Positions 13,348-26,923 of a stretch of 46,711 nucleotides of DNA are shown piece by piece. The DNA lies in contig JAPEUG010000101.1 in NCBI GenBank assembly GCA_026025795.1, positions 1 to 46,711 of the forward strand. Reading direction: 5' to 3'. The notes below the pieces were generated by a model. The model saw only the letters and a list, made by a program, of their open reading frames with translations, searched no databases and was not told where the DNA came from. Every line of letters begins with the position of its first letter. Within the stretch, counting starts at the first letter, position 1. A program made the translations under genes and the position numbers. This stretch comes from Thelocarpon superellum. Taxonomy: Eukaryota.

Positions 13348-14331
13348 CTTGACCCACGCGCCAGGGTCTCGAAACGGGCGCGAGGCAAGTGGCACGCCAA
13401 CCCGCCGGTGAACATGGCGGCAGTTGACAGGCACCGACCTTATCGACGATAAGCTTTCAAGCCTCATCTTTGGCATCAGTGACATCCGTCATCGAGGGCC
13501 ATCCGATGCATCGACCTCCACGGCCGTGAGGCGCCCGGTCGCCGCCCGTGTGTTGCACCGGCGCAGCTGGGCACCGGGCGGCCCATGAAGCCGGGGGCGA
13601 GACGATGCCGCGGGCGCGATGACGCGTCGCAAATTCATGTTCTGAGGGCTGGTCGATATCATGGATCGTCAATGTTGATGAAGCCTCGGGACAAATCATC
13701 GTCTTGGTCTTGGCCCTTCACTCTCTACCCGGGCCCACCGGCAGGACCTTGGTCGTGAAAGCGTGGGAATAAGCGCAGAAAATGGCCCTGGCAGCCAATC
13801 AGCTATGGCGGAGGCTGGCTAGCGCGGTATCCCGACTAGCGTCGCACCAGGCGAGCTCCTCGCTCTCTTCCTCCTTCCTGCTCACACCACGTCCATACGG
13901 AGGACTTCTCAGTATCTCTAGCACACGATCGTCTTGCAGGGAACCAGCACAGCACAGAGTGCCTCCATTCCCCGCGTCCGTTACACCCAAGCTCTGTCGA
14001 GGCGCTCCAACCCGACCCTCTTGAGTGGGCGCCCTCGTCTATCGTGACTCTGCGTCCCGCCCAAATTGACGACCTCGTATACCCTCCAGACCTACCAACG
14101 TCGCGTTCTTGGGAGGCCGTCGAGCGACGCCCCAGCACGTCGGGTCATCTAACGGGCCTGGTGCATCGTGACCTCCGCCGCCTGCTCCGTGGACCGTTTC
14201 GCCCAACACCACCTCTCGGGCCAGTCTCGTGGGAGCAGCCAGAGCAAGAAATGGTGTTGATCTGCATCACCCTGACCGTCTAGATCCTCTCTCCCAATCT
14301 CGTGCGCGACCCGGGCTGGCACGCTCCTCAG

Positions 14332-14390
14332 GTGAATCACTCGCGAGGCGCTGGCACGGCGATGATGCTCATGCTGACGTACCTGGTGCA
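14332..14390 (+). other. Probable 5'-UTR intron of YTA7
   Basis: cag|GTGAAT...GCTGAC...GGTGCAG| ending 8 nt before ATG 14399; its 59-nt length matches other introns here. Confidence 0.6.
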
Positions 14391-14398
14391 GCGTCACG

Positions 14399-17300
14399 AT
14401 GCCCCAAACCAAACGAAAGCACGATCTTGTCGACCCGCTCAAGTCTGACTCTGACGATGAGGACTATGATGATCACATCATCCGCACTGGCAAATCCAAA
14501 CCTTCCCGCAGCCGGCGGCGGAAGGCAGCCAAACGGAAGCGCACCAACGACGACTCGGAAGAGATCGAGAGCGAAGACGACCTGGACGAAGAGAGCTTCG
14601 AGGACGAGATCGAAGAGGACGAAAGGGTCGAAATCGACGAGCGGACCGGTCGACCCAAGCGATCGACGACTAAAAAGCCGGTCACGTATGAGGAGAGTGA
14701 CAGCCCGCCCGAGGTGGAAGACGAAGATGAAGACGAAGAAGATGATGAGCCCAAGTCAAGAAGGCCGATTAAATCCCAAGTAATCACGCTAAAAGTCAAG
14801 ACGCCCAATTCCTCGTCCGGGCCCAACGCAAGGAGTACGCGACTCACCAGCGTCCCGCGCGGCCGTCAGTCCGTCAGTGTCGAACCCCTTTCGTCCGGCA
14901 CCCGCCGCAGCGGCCGACTCCACCATGACGACCAGGATCCCATCATCGCCCTAACCGCCTCAGGTAGGCATGCCGAAGTCATCCGCATGGCCACCCACAG
15001 TCCCGAGGCCGGCCCGATCAGACGAACACGAGGTAGCAAAGGCGTCAAGATGCCCGCCGGGCGCCCGGCCGCCTACGACGATGCGGCCGATGAGCCGAGT
15101 GACGAACAGGAGGCCGGCGACGCCGGGGCAGAGACGAAAGCCGATGAGGATATGGACGACCCAGATGTCGGCACAGTCCAGCCCGACACGAAAAGAGCGG
15201 CGTCCAGGGACGAGGGAGAGGGCCCAGAACTTCCGGCGGGGGACCTCGAGGTGGAGCCTGAGGATGCCGGGGCCGTTGAGCCTGACGAGGACGAGAACGA
15301 GGACGAGGACGAGGGCCCCGTTTCCCGAGGGCGACGCACAGCGCAAGTAGGTCGACGCATGCATCCCGCCCGGTAGCACCAGACAATGCTAATGATACGC
15401 AGGCGGCAAGATCGACCGAGCGAAAGTCTGCGCGGAGCTCGGGCCGGTCGCGGAAGGGCGGCGCGCATGAACCCAGCAGCGACTATGAGTTCCGACCAGG
15501 TGATGACGGCGAGGAAGATGTCTCGAGCTCCGACGCGTCATCATCATCCCCCCGCAAGGCCGCGGCCACCGGCGATGACGAAGATGACAGTAGCGGTGGG
15601 CACCGAGCCGGACGTATGCGCAAAGGCAAGACCCACACATCCTCTGCTGGCCAAGGCCGTCGTGGGTCGGCGTCGGATCAGATCGATGAAGAACGGACCG
15701 AGGAGCTACTTGAGGAGTTGGAAGAGCTGCAGAGCCATCGTCCGCGCCGCGCTCGGCGGGCCGAAATTATCTTCAACGACGTACCGAAGCTGCGCAACCG
15801 GAAAAAGAACGTCGACTACCGCATCATGCGGCCCGACCTGCTGCCCTCCGAAGAGGTTGAGCCAGTGCAGGCACCCACCCCGTCGCGACGTGGCCGGGCC
15901 GGTGCCGGGTCGTGGCAACGAAGCCTCTTCTCCACCCAAGGTCCCTTTGGCGGCGCCGGCGGTCTACCGCCCATCTTTGGCGGGCCTGGTGGCATCGGTG
16001 CGGCCGCTGGGGCAGACTCGGACAGCAGCGACGATGAGCGCGGCCCTCGCGCGGGCGGCTTCGGGGGCGTCGGCATGACCCCCACCTCCGCCGCAGCGCC
16101 CGGCCTCCTTCCGCCCGTGCCCGCGCACAATGCCGAGATGCAGGGCGCCGGGGGCACACCCGCCAATCTCGGCAAGATCAAGGACCGCAAGGCCCTGGCC
16201 GATGCTGATCCGCTCGGCGTCGACGCCAACGTGAGCTTCGACAGTGTGGGCGGGCTCAAGGATCACATCAACCAGCTCAAGGAGATGGTCTCTCTGCCGC
16301 TGCTCTACCCCGAGATCTTCCAGCGCTTCCACGTCACGCCGCCCCGCGGGGTCCTCTTCCACGGCCCGCCCGGCACTGGTAAGACCCTCCTCGCCCGCGC
16401 CCTCGCCGCCAGCGTCAGCTCCCACGGTCGCAAGATCACCTTCTACATGCGCAAGGGTGCCGATGCCCTGAGCAAGTGGGTCGGTGAGGCCGAACGTCAG
16501 CTTCGGCTGCTCTTCGATGAGGCGCGCGCCAACCAACCCAGCATCATCTTCTTCGACGAGATCGATGGCCTCGCTCCGGTGCGCTCAAGCAAACAGGAGC
16601 AGATCCACGCCTCCATCGTGTCGACCCTGCTGGCGCTCATGGATGGCATGGATGGGCGCGGCCAGGTCATCGTCATCGGCGCCACCAACCGTCCGGACAA
16701 CATCGATCCCGCCCTGCGTCGTCCCGGTCGCTTCGATCGGGAATTCTACTTTCCCTTGCCCGGCGCGGAGGAGCGACGCGCCATCCTCGACATCCACACC
16801 AAAGGCTGGGAGCCCGGCCTCTCCGGCGACTTCAAGGACCAGCTTGCCGACCTCACTAAGGGCTACGGCGGTGCCGACCTGCGCGCCCTCTGCACCGAGG
16901 CGGCGCTGAACGCCGTGCAGCGCCGCTACCCGCAGATCTACACCTCCAACGAGAAGCTCAAGATCGATCCCAGTACCATCACCATCACTGCCAAGGACTT
17001 CATGATCTCCGTCAATAAGATCGTGCCCTCGTCGCAACGGTCTACCTCGTCGGGCGCCGCGCCCCTGCCCAAGCAAATGGAGGCCCTCTTGCAAGTGCCG
17101 CTGAAGAGGATCCAAGATCGCCTGACCGAGATCCTTCCCCGGAAGAAGAAATTGACCGCCCTGGAGGAGGCACAGTTTGAAGACTTTGAGGATGCCGACG
17201 GCGGCTTTCAGCGGGAGCGACTCCAGCAAGGTAAATTAAACCCTCCTTTCATCTCCCATCGTGATGGGCGTCGGACTGATGAGATGCAGATTTCGAGACG

Positions 17301-19625
17301 TCGCGCATCTTCCGCCCACGGCTTTTGATTCGCGGGACGATGGGCATGGGACAGCATCACCTGGCGGCAGCGCTCCTGAATCACTTCGAGGGCCTACATG
17401 TGCAGTCCTTTGACCTACCTACCCTGCTGAGTGACTCGACGCGGGTATGGCCTGGTCGTCCTTGTCTGTTGTGGATCGAGCTGACCGTCGCAGTCTCCCG
17501 AGGCGGCCGTGGTCCAGCTCTTCGCTGAAGTCCGCCGTCACAAACCCAGCGTCATCTACATTCCCAGCGTCGACACGTGGTATCGGACCATCGGGCCCAC
17601 CGTCATCTCTACCTTCCTGGGCCTCTTGCGCACCTTGTCGCCCACGGATCCGGTCCTACTCTTGGGCATTCTGGAGAGCGAGCCTGAGTACGTTGACAAG
17701 GCGATGCTGAAGAGCTTGTTCGGCTTTTCCAAGCACAACCAATTTGAGCTCGAGGGACCGGACAGGGTGAGTGCGCGTTTGCGTCTTCTCTGCGTCGTGC
17801 ATGGTCCAACAGATGCTAACCGCGTGGGTAGGCGAGCCGCCATCGTTATTTTGAGAACATCGCGAGCTACCTACGCAAACCGCCCACCGAGTTCCCCGAT
17901 CCGGAGCACCGGAAGAAGCGCGTGATTGAGACGCTCGAGATCGCACCGCCGCCGCCACCGCCCAAGCCGCCGACGAAGGAAGAGCTCAAGGCACAGAAGA
18001 AGCGCGATCGGCAGCTGCTGAACCTGCTCAAGATCCGCATCCAACCCGTCATGGACCAGATTAAGCTCAAGTACAAGAAATTTCGCACCGGCGTCATTGA
18101 GGAGGAACAAATTCGCTATCTCTTCGAGGAACAAGACCCCAATCGCGCCACCTCGGATCTGGTGCCGCCCTCACTGTTCCGACCCTTCGAGAAGGCACAG
18201 GACAAGGACGGGGTCGATGGCTTAGTCGAGGTCGAGTCGCAGAAGTTCTACTACAACCTGAACATCGTCGCGATCGAGGAGCGGCTGTCCAACGGCTACT
18301 ACAAGCGCCCCAAGGACTTCACCGCCGACATCCGCTGTCTCGCCAAGGATGCCCGGGTGAGTGGCGACCGTGACCGGACCATCAAGGCCAACGAGATGCT
18401 CGCCAACGTCGAGGTTGACATGACTGCGCTGGAGAGCGAGCCGTACCTGGCCGACTGCGAGAATGTGTACCTGCGCGAAGTGCAGCGGGCCAAGGATAAG
18501 GTTGAGAAGTATGCCCGACAACAGGCCCTCGAGATTGCGACGGACCCCGTAGTCGGAGGAAGCTCAGCCTCGCTAGAGACGCCGGTCTTGGCCATTGCAG
18601 CTCCTGTCAGTGGGTCGGAGCAGCTGTCGACGGGTCCGATCGTGCTTGGGGAGGCGGTTCCGCCCGTCTCGACGACGACGCTGCCGCTGACGCCATCACG
18701 GCCGTCCCTGCCAAGCTCGCTTTCGAACGGAGTCTCGACCGGGCCGGCGCACACGGACGACTCGGTGCAGGTGCACGCGCCGCAGAGCAACGGCTCGTCG
18801 GTCCCCTCACGGCCAGAGGGCGACGTGACCATGGCGGATGCCGATGCTGCTCCCGCCCGGACGGCTCCGGATCCGACGGCGCCCGGGGTCTCGGCGCGGT
18901 CCAATCCGAGCGCGGGCACAACGCAGCGGTCGATCATCACGGCGATGCCTGCAGGATCTCAGGCCGAGGATTTTCTCAACGACGCCTCGACGACGACGTC
19001 GGGCAAGAAGACGACGTCGGAGTCTCACCGCTCGTCCGATCCTGGGAACACGCAGAGCACGAATGGGATCAAAGCTGCCGGCACGAAGGAGGTACCCGAC
19101 TATTCGGGGGTGGTGGCCAAAGCCAACGGCGATTCGCAGTTGCCTGATACACAAGGTACGCATCTCGCGGCCGAGGACGACGATGGTCATGATGGCACCC
19201 CACTCACAGATACAGAAGTGCCCTCGTCGCAAGGGAGCGGCCAGCCGGGTAGCCAGCCGCTCGCCATCTTCCAAGTGGGCTCGCAACCTCCCGTGCCGGC
19301 GTTCGACGCGCCGAGTCGCCCAGCGCCGGCGTCCACCATCCAGGCGCTGCTGAACAGCCCGGCCACGGAGACCCGACATCCCGAGTGGATCTTGGATGAG
19401 ACCTACATCGGCAGCCTGCACGACGAGTTCACCAACCGCACCAGCGGCTGCTCCATCGAACAGCTGGAGCAAATCAACACGGCGCTGATGGACTCCATCT
19501 GGAAGCAACGTGGCGAGTGGAACCGTACCAAGGCCGGCACCGAGGTGATGAACGTCTTCAACGCCATCATGCAAGACATTGAGGAGATGCAGGAAGTGCT
19601 GCCGGCCAGTCTAGCCACGCAGTGA
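14399..19625 (+). CDS. YTA7: ATAD2/Yta7 AAA+ ATPase with bromodomain-like region (histone chaperone/segregase)
   Basis: Exons 14399-15346, 15403-17230, 17290-17444, 17494-17766, 17832-19155, 19216-19625 (last 60-nt intron is in-frame, slightly less certain). Walker A GPPGTGKT, Walker B IIFFDEID, SRH PALRRPGRFDREF, Yta7-typical YMRKGADALSKWVGEAERQLRLLF; acidic N-terminus; bromodomain-like IEERLSNGYY. Confidence 0.96.
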
Positions 19626-21424
19626 GCGACGGGCCACGGCGGGGAAGGAGAGGCACGACCGGTAGGGCGGGGCGTGTTTTTGCGTGATCTGTGTTGTTCT
19701 TTGCGCCTGTACTAGATAGAGCCTAGACCGTGTGTTCTCTAGTTGTACGTCTTGCGCGCAGCGGTACGATCGGGGCCTCATCTCTTCGTGGCAGGATAGC
19801 CGCAGAACATGTCTTCACTCTCACCCACGCATTCAGAGATAGAACATTGGCCAATGCTCGGCATCCACTGCCGGCATCCACTTTACTTACCGCGATCAGG
19901 CATACGCTTCCTGATGTGCAGATACTATTAGAACATAATCAGCGATTGGTCATAGGAGGGTGCAGCAGGAAGTATCGCTTCAAGGGTTCCCACATAATCA
20001 GTATGAGGAGACCCAAGCAGAGTTTGAATAATTAGCCTTGATACTATCTACACTGTATCCCCGCTGGAAAACAGCCTGCGGCTTGGTGCGGAATCACGTG
20101 ACCTTTTCGAGGGTTTTGGACGGAGTAATCACGTCGCTGTGTTATAGTCCTCCAGCACGTGCCCAGATTTGCTGATGTCTCTGCACTTCATCTACTCCAC
20201 CAAAGCGTCAGACTATTCAACTGGCGTCCCCTGGACAGCATTTGGGAGCAATGGCCATTTCCAACATGAGAGGCACGCCGCTGAGGCTGTGTCTCCAGGC
20301 ACGTGAGAGGGACGTCGGCAATTCCGCCGGCACAACATCACTTTACTCGCACGACTTGCTACTCGTACGGCCGCGCAGGCCGTACGAGTGATGGTGCAGG
20401 CACACGAAACCGTCAAACGTCCCGAGTTCCTGGCAGTCGAAAGGCAGGTACGAGCGGCAGTGTGGGATAGGCACGGCGGCGATCGACCGGGTTCCGGGCC
20501 TTGCCAGCCCTGTGCTTCGCCGAGCTCATGCCCTTACGCATAGGATTGATGCGACAGTTCCACGCCGATGCTCGCTCGCTCGCTCGCTCGCGGCTCCGCT
20601 CATGCGCACGGCAGAACGTGGGAAGCAGGAACCAAACCACGCTCGGTCCCGTTTCAGACATTCTGCTGATGTACAATTCCCTGTCCTTGAATCTTACGAG
20701 AGCCCTGACCGACTCTTTCGAGGCACGACAACTACGCGGATGGCACGAGTATAATCGCTATCCCTCCGCACCAGGGTCAAGCGACGAAGGACTTGGCATT
20801 CTGTCCCATTATTACCGCCGGTCGGGCAGCTGTACTCTGTAGGGCACGCCGTAATCCGTCAGGTAGGACATGACGAGTATCCGTCGTACGAGTGACGACT
20901 GGAGCCGCGCCGCACTAGCGCGACGGGGGCGTACGGCATCGGGGGCCGGCAGGGATCTGGGGGCGATGCACGCACGAATGGGCATTGCGTGCAGCAGATC
21001 CCGGAACCAAGCCCAGCGGTCGGCGCGCTGCTGGGAAGGACGTGGATGGTTTCAGCGCGAAGGCGCGAGAGCGTTGCTGGGGGACGAAGAAGGAGGGTGG
21101 TCAGTGCGGGTGCGAGATGAACATCAGGGTGCCCCCCCTCTCCCCCTGGGCTCTAGCGAGGGTCGTGCCCTAGTCAAGCATGAAAAAGTTCAAGGTGCGG
21201 CAACGCGGGTACGAGTCGTCCGTGAGCCCTTCCTGGTGCGAAATACGACCGCCGCCCACCACGCCTCCGCGTCCCACGCAAAGCGGCGGCAATAACAATG
21301 CACGGTGAACAGCAGCGCTCCTGATAATATTAGCCGTCCTAATCCTCGTGCCGGGCACGAGTGATCTCCAGCGCGCTGCCCAGTCCCGATCGCGCCGCTT
21401 CTCGATCGCTTCGATAGCTGAGTT

Positions 21425-21515
21425 CGGTGGTCGGTCATCGGTCGTCGGTCGTCGGGTCGCGGTCGGGCGGTCGGGCGGTCGGGCGGTCGGGCGGGCGGTC
21501 GGTCGATCGGTCGTC
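21425..21515. repeat. (GGTC/GGGC)n simple repeat
   Basis: cggtcgggcggtcgggcggtcgggcggtcgggcgggcggtcggtcg in the long intergenic region upstream of PDE2. Confidence 0.8.
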
Positions 21516-23125
21516 GCTCGAGGTGCCTCGCCTGTCTTGACGACCCTCGCAGCGATGCCGAGTCCGGTGCTTGGTGCGAGTGCTTGACCTGGTTCGCCTA
21601 GAGACAAAGCAAGTCCCCCCGTAACTTGCACAATAGTTCGAGTCTTAGCGCGGCGTGTCGGCCACTCATACCAACCTTCCAGAAGGACGCTTGTCCCCGC
21701 CGCTGAGGCGATTGGCAGGGCACGTCGCCTGCAGCCAACGCACGTTGGGATACCCCCCTTCTCCCCCGGTCGCAGGCTGCGGCTGCTGCTGCTGCTGCTT
21801 CATGGGTCGCTGCTGCCCGCCGTCCCGCCGCCCCAAGGGCTCGCTATACAGCCTCGTACCTACTTCCACCGTGCATGCTGTAGGTACCGTGCCATACCAG
21901 CACAGGATGTGCGACCCACCGACCCCACGCACCGGCCCCGAGTACTCGTACCTGTAGTCCCCGTCGTCCCCGGGTGAGGACAATAGTCACCAATCGCAGA
22001 GAACAAGTGCGGAACAACTAGCTCCAAATCCCGCCGTACCCACCGGTCAACGGACTCGACCGACGCAACGACCGACACCCCATCCGTCGCGCAATACCGT
22101 CCTGACTAACGGTGCTCGTCTCCCGCTACCGCCGTCTCCACCACCGCTCGCTGGGGCAGGCAGGTACCATCCGCGGCGATAGTCCGTCGTCCTGGTATAC
22201 TAGCCGCAGACAGAGGCCTCGCCACTTCCCTCTCCGCGCCCGTGGACCAGCCGCGACCCGCCAGCCGGCAGCCCGCAACCCGCAACCCACAACCGACTTC
22301 GACTCGGCCAGACCGTGGCTTTCTCTCCGCTCTCACGCTCTCACACACCCGCATGACTCTCTCCCCCAGCGCCCACGACGTCAAACCCAACGGCCGCCCT
22401 CACCCACGACCCTCCTCCCCTCCGTCCCGTGCCCGAACCCCCGGGTGCGGTCGTGCCCGGCCGATCGATCCACGTCAACGTCAACGTCCACCTCCACCTC
22501 CCGCCATTGACCCGACCTTTCCTCCCCTCCGCCCGACGGTCGAGTGGCCGCGGCGGTGACCCGGATGGTGCCAATTGCTCCACCGCCAGCGTGTGTGCGA
22601 GCTCCCGTGCGCCCTCGGGGTTCATCTCTCCACGTGCTCATCCCTACCACCACCACCACCGCCCTCACCGTTGTCGCTGGCGCTCTCTCGCGCCCTCATC
22701 TGTAAATCAAGCGCCGCCCCGCCATCGCTCCGGACGCTTCCAGCCCGGCGTCGGCTGCTCCGCGGCGCACGACTGAGGTCAAGCGCCGCGATCGCGATTG
22801 CTTCATCCGACCATCAGACCGCACCGTGTGCCCTCAGTTCCCCGTTCGTCGCGCTCCGCACCGCTCGTCGTCACCCATCCTCAACGACCTGCTGCCACGC
22901 CGACTCCACATTGTCCCCCAACCATCGCGCTTGCCCCGTCGGACACCATCCGTGGTTGTGTCTGGCAGTGCGCCCTTCGTCTCGGGCGACCCCTCCCTCC
23001 TCCCCCCTCCTCCCACCCGCTTCGACGGCGCGCCAACGTCCGTGACGTTGACGGTGTTATAATTCTGTCCCCGCATACGCCATCCATCACACCTATCTCC
23101 CCATCACCCGTTGTATGGACGCGCC

Positions 23126-26100
23126 ATGGCCTCGACCATAGATCACTCGACGTGTAATGTCATCTACGTCGATCGGAGAGCGAAGGAGGATCGATTGGTC
23201 CAGCGGGCCGAGGTGACGCCATCGACCGCGACCGACAGCATCGGCTCATCATATTTCGACGTTGGGGTTGAGACTGCTGAGGTTGCGGCGAATCTGCAGG
23301 CCCTTCTAACAACCTTTCAACAAGGTGAGTAATGCGCTTCTTCCTCTCCCTCTCCCTCACCTTCCCCTTGTCACCGGCATCATCTGCTGACTCTAATCAG
23401 TCCATCTCTGTGCGTCCGGCGCATCATGTCGAGCCACAGCTGCGGAAATCGATCAACAACCAAACTCCGATCTCAATCCCACGTTGGTCCTGATCGAGAT
23501 TCCGCCCAACGACGAACCCGGCGGTGCTGTCCCCAACGGGACCACGTCCTCGGACTTCGACAGTCGGCATGACTTCCCCACGTCCCCGGAGGTGGAGGAC
23601 CGTTCCTTTTACGGTGTCCGTTTGCTCCGCTGCATTGCCGTCGAGACTCATTGGCAGAGTCTCTCGCGGCTCTTCGTCCCCATCGCTGTCGTCTTCGACC
23701 GCGGCCAGCTGTCGGCCAAGGCGAGCGGGACGGGCTATGCGGCCTCGGGCAGCATGACCCATGAGAGCGATGGTACTGGACGTTCATCACGGACGGCGAC
23801 CTCCTCCCTCGACACGGGTCACATGTTGCGATATCTCGATGCCGGCGCTGCCGACGTCGTCACCACCCCGTTCAGTCGCGAGCGCATCGCCGGCCTCGTG
23901 ACCCACGCCTACCGCGCTCACAAGGAGGCGGTGAAGGAGCAGAAAGACTTCCTCGCCGTGAAGCGGGTGCGCAAGCGCTCCTGGGTGGGGGTGGACGATG
24001 CGAAGCCGTATGCGTATCTGCGAGAGGCCATGTAAGTCGAGTTCCAACGCCAGGTGGCTGTTCCCCCACGTGTGCTGATCCGTCTTCAGGGTTTCCGGCT
24101 TGATGGACGGGATTTGCAAGCCCCAGCCCGTCGGCGACGGGAGAGAGCAGCCTTTGCTCTCAATTCGGCGGGAACGACATGACCGCATCGCGCTGGCCAT
24201 CGGGCAGTGGGCCTTCCCGGCGCATGAGTACTCGGATGACGAACTGTTACATGCCGCCTTGCTCATGCTGCAGCATGCGTTGAGCATGCACGATCTGGAG
24301 CCGTGGCGGCTAACGACAGGTGAGTCGTCGGATCCAAGCGGGGCCATGGATGACCGGGCGTGGTGGACTAACGGACTCCTTCCCCAGAACACCTGACCGC
24401 CTTCTTGATCGCCACGCGCACCGCGTACAACTCATTCGTCCCCTATCACAATTTCCGCCACGTCGTCGACGTCCTGCAGGCCGTCTTCTACTTTCTGCTC
24501 CAATTGGGTAGCCTCCCGCCCTACCCACCACACCCCCCCGCCAAGCATTCTTCCTCAACCTGCCACATCGCCTCCATCCTCCGGCCGTTCGATGCCCTCA
24601 CCCTGCTCATCACGGCCATCGGTCATGACGTCGGTCATCCGGGCGTCAACAACGCCTTCCTCGTCACGCTGAATGCGCCCCTCGCGCAACTGTATAACGA
24701 CCGGTCCGTGCTAGAATCGTTTCACTGCGCTGCCTTCTCGCAGATCCTCCGGCGATATTGGCCGGCCTCGTTCGAGTCGGCCGACATGCGGAGAATGCTC
24801 ATCAACTCCATCCTCGCCACCGACATGGGCCTCCACTTCGACTACATGCGCAAGTTGGCGCAGCTCCAGGAGACGTTACGCGCGCCGGCGACCAAGGAAG
24901 CGCCCAATGACAGATATCTGGAGGAGCAGCGCACATTGGCATGCTCGCTGTTGATCAAATGCGCGGACATCAGCAACGTGGTACGTGTGCACATTTCGTG
25001 GGGGGGCGAGTCGCCGTGGACCAAAGACTGACACTCCTAGGCGCGACCTCACAACATCGCGGCTCAATGGGCGACGGTGCTCACGGACGAGTTTGCGCGC
25101 CAGGCGGCCATGGAAAACGATCTGGGCATCCCGTCGGCGCTCTTTGCTCCCCCGGTGCGAGATTCCGTCCTCGAGATGGGGAAATCACAGATTGGCTTCA
25201 TGAATCTCTTTGCCCTCCCGCTCTTTCAGGGCGTGACGGGCATCATGCCGTCGATGCAATTCAGCGTGGATGAGCTGCAGGACAACAAGGCGACGTGGGA
25301 GATGAAGATTGAGCGGGAGAAGGCTCGCAGTCGGTCGCGAAGTACGGACGGGGAGCGGCTGGCGGAAGCCGTCACGTCGCCTCCGCCGGAGAAGCTTGCC
25401 AGCGTGGTGCGGGCGCCAGAAGCGCGTCCGCCCGAGATCGTGGCAACGCCGGCCCAATACGCTCCCTACCGCGTCCCACAGTCGCCCGATCGTTCGGCGA
25501 ACGGGTCGCGGCGGTCCTCCCTCAACACCACGCATCCCGTGGCGTCACCGGACCGGCGTCAGGCAAGCCGATCCTCGGCGGGGTCGCTCATGTATACAGG
25601 GCAGCTCCCAGATATGGTGTCGCGTAACTCGTCGGGCGCGCTCCCGGTGACGACGCCGCCATCGCTGCGAGCGCGACGCTCCTCGACCACTGTGCCGACG
25701 CAGCTTCAGCTGGGCATTTCTGGGGGCGAGGGGCGACGGACCAGCGGCGACCACTCGCTGGTCGCGGTCTTGGTCACGTCGTCGGGCCGGTCGTCGAAAC
25801 CGAGCGATGGGCACTCGACGCACCGCGCCAATGGCAATTCCTCGGAGAAGAGCTCGGCGCCGTCCTCGACCGAGTGGCAATCGCAGGTGACCAGTCCGGT
25901 CAACGTGACTTGCTCGCCCACGACCGAGGGCACGTCCTTCCTTGGGCAAGATAGTCCGGACCGGGCCGACTTCGACACGACCCTCTGGTCGCCGCCGCCC
26001 GACGATCGCAGCGAGCGCAGCGACAAGGCGGGCTACACAAACGGGACGGCGCACGACACGTCCAAAGGCGTGCGACATCGATCCTCGCGGTGGCGGCTGA

Positions 26101-26150
26101 ATTTCTGGAAAAGCAAGCGTAAGACGTCCATGGAGGCACTCCGGCCATGA
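23126..26150 (+). CDS. PDE2: High-affinity class I cAMP phosphodiesterase (Pde2/PdeH)
   Basis: Exons 23126-23324, 23401-24031, 24090-24319, 24388-24980, 25041-26150. Catalytic motifs YHNFRHVVDV, HDVGHPGVNN, SVLESFH, LATDMGLH, IKCADISN, QIGFM. Confidence 0.96.
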
Positions 26151-26923
26151 CAAGATGTGCCTGTGGGAGTACCGCGGACGTCTGTCGATTTCACACACGG
26201 AGTCTTGTTTTGGGATCTGGGTCTGGCGGGAGTGACGAGGTCTGGCGTTGATTGATAATGCGAGGCCATTTCACGCCTCATAACACGTGTGTATGTGGGT
26301 ATGTGGGTATGTTTGTACGTGTGATGGGAGGATGAGGATCTTGGTGCGGGTCTTTGGGGGGGCCCCCCCGCCCCCGTGGTGGTCCTTCACTTGCAGCCCA
26401 AGGGGCGGATTGTCATCCGCGGAGCATCGACTCTCACACGGTGCACGACTGAGCTCTTCCCGGCGTTGCTCGGCACAGACAGCTTGGGGGAGATTTCGTT
26501 GTTTTCCCTTTCCATCTCTCTCCATCTCTTTCCCTCTGTCGCTTCTCCAAGCTCGTCCGTGTCCGGTGGGTCACCAGCCTTGGGAGGGGGAGGGGTGGAG
26601 GCAGGGAGGGATAGGAGGGATGATTGTGTCATACGGCGTCTCAATAACTAGACCTGTATATTAGTCGCGGACCAGGTCAGCAGGCCGGCACGCGGGGTGT
26701 GATTGGGTTACTGTGATGACTGCGGTGGGGAGAAGGTCGAGTCGAGCTGGTCTACGACGAGAACATCTCTATCACTCCACGTATCACTTTCATCGCTTGT
26801 TCCGATCATCTGACGTGAGACACGAGGGAGAGGTGAGGGAATCTCGCCATCGTCTCCCATACGTAGAGATACCTCATCCAGCCCTTGGGACAGCAACCGC
26901 GTCTTCACGCCAACACACTCAGC

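Noticed and set aside
11761..14330. Unannotated gene between the RRM gene and YTA7
   Set aside because: Only short ORFs without coding-like composition; consistent with UTRs and promoter.
21590..21660. tRNA-like B-box (GTTCGAGTC)
   Set aside because: No T-stem pairing or cloverleaf can be built.
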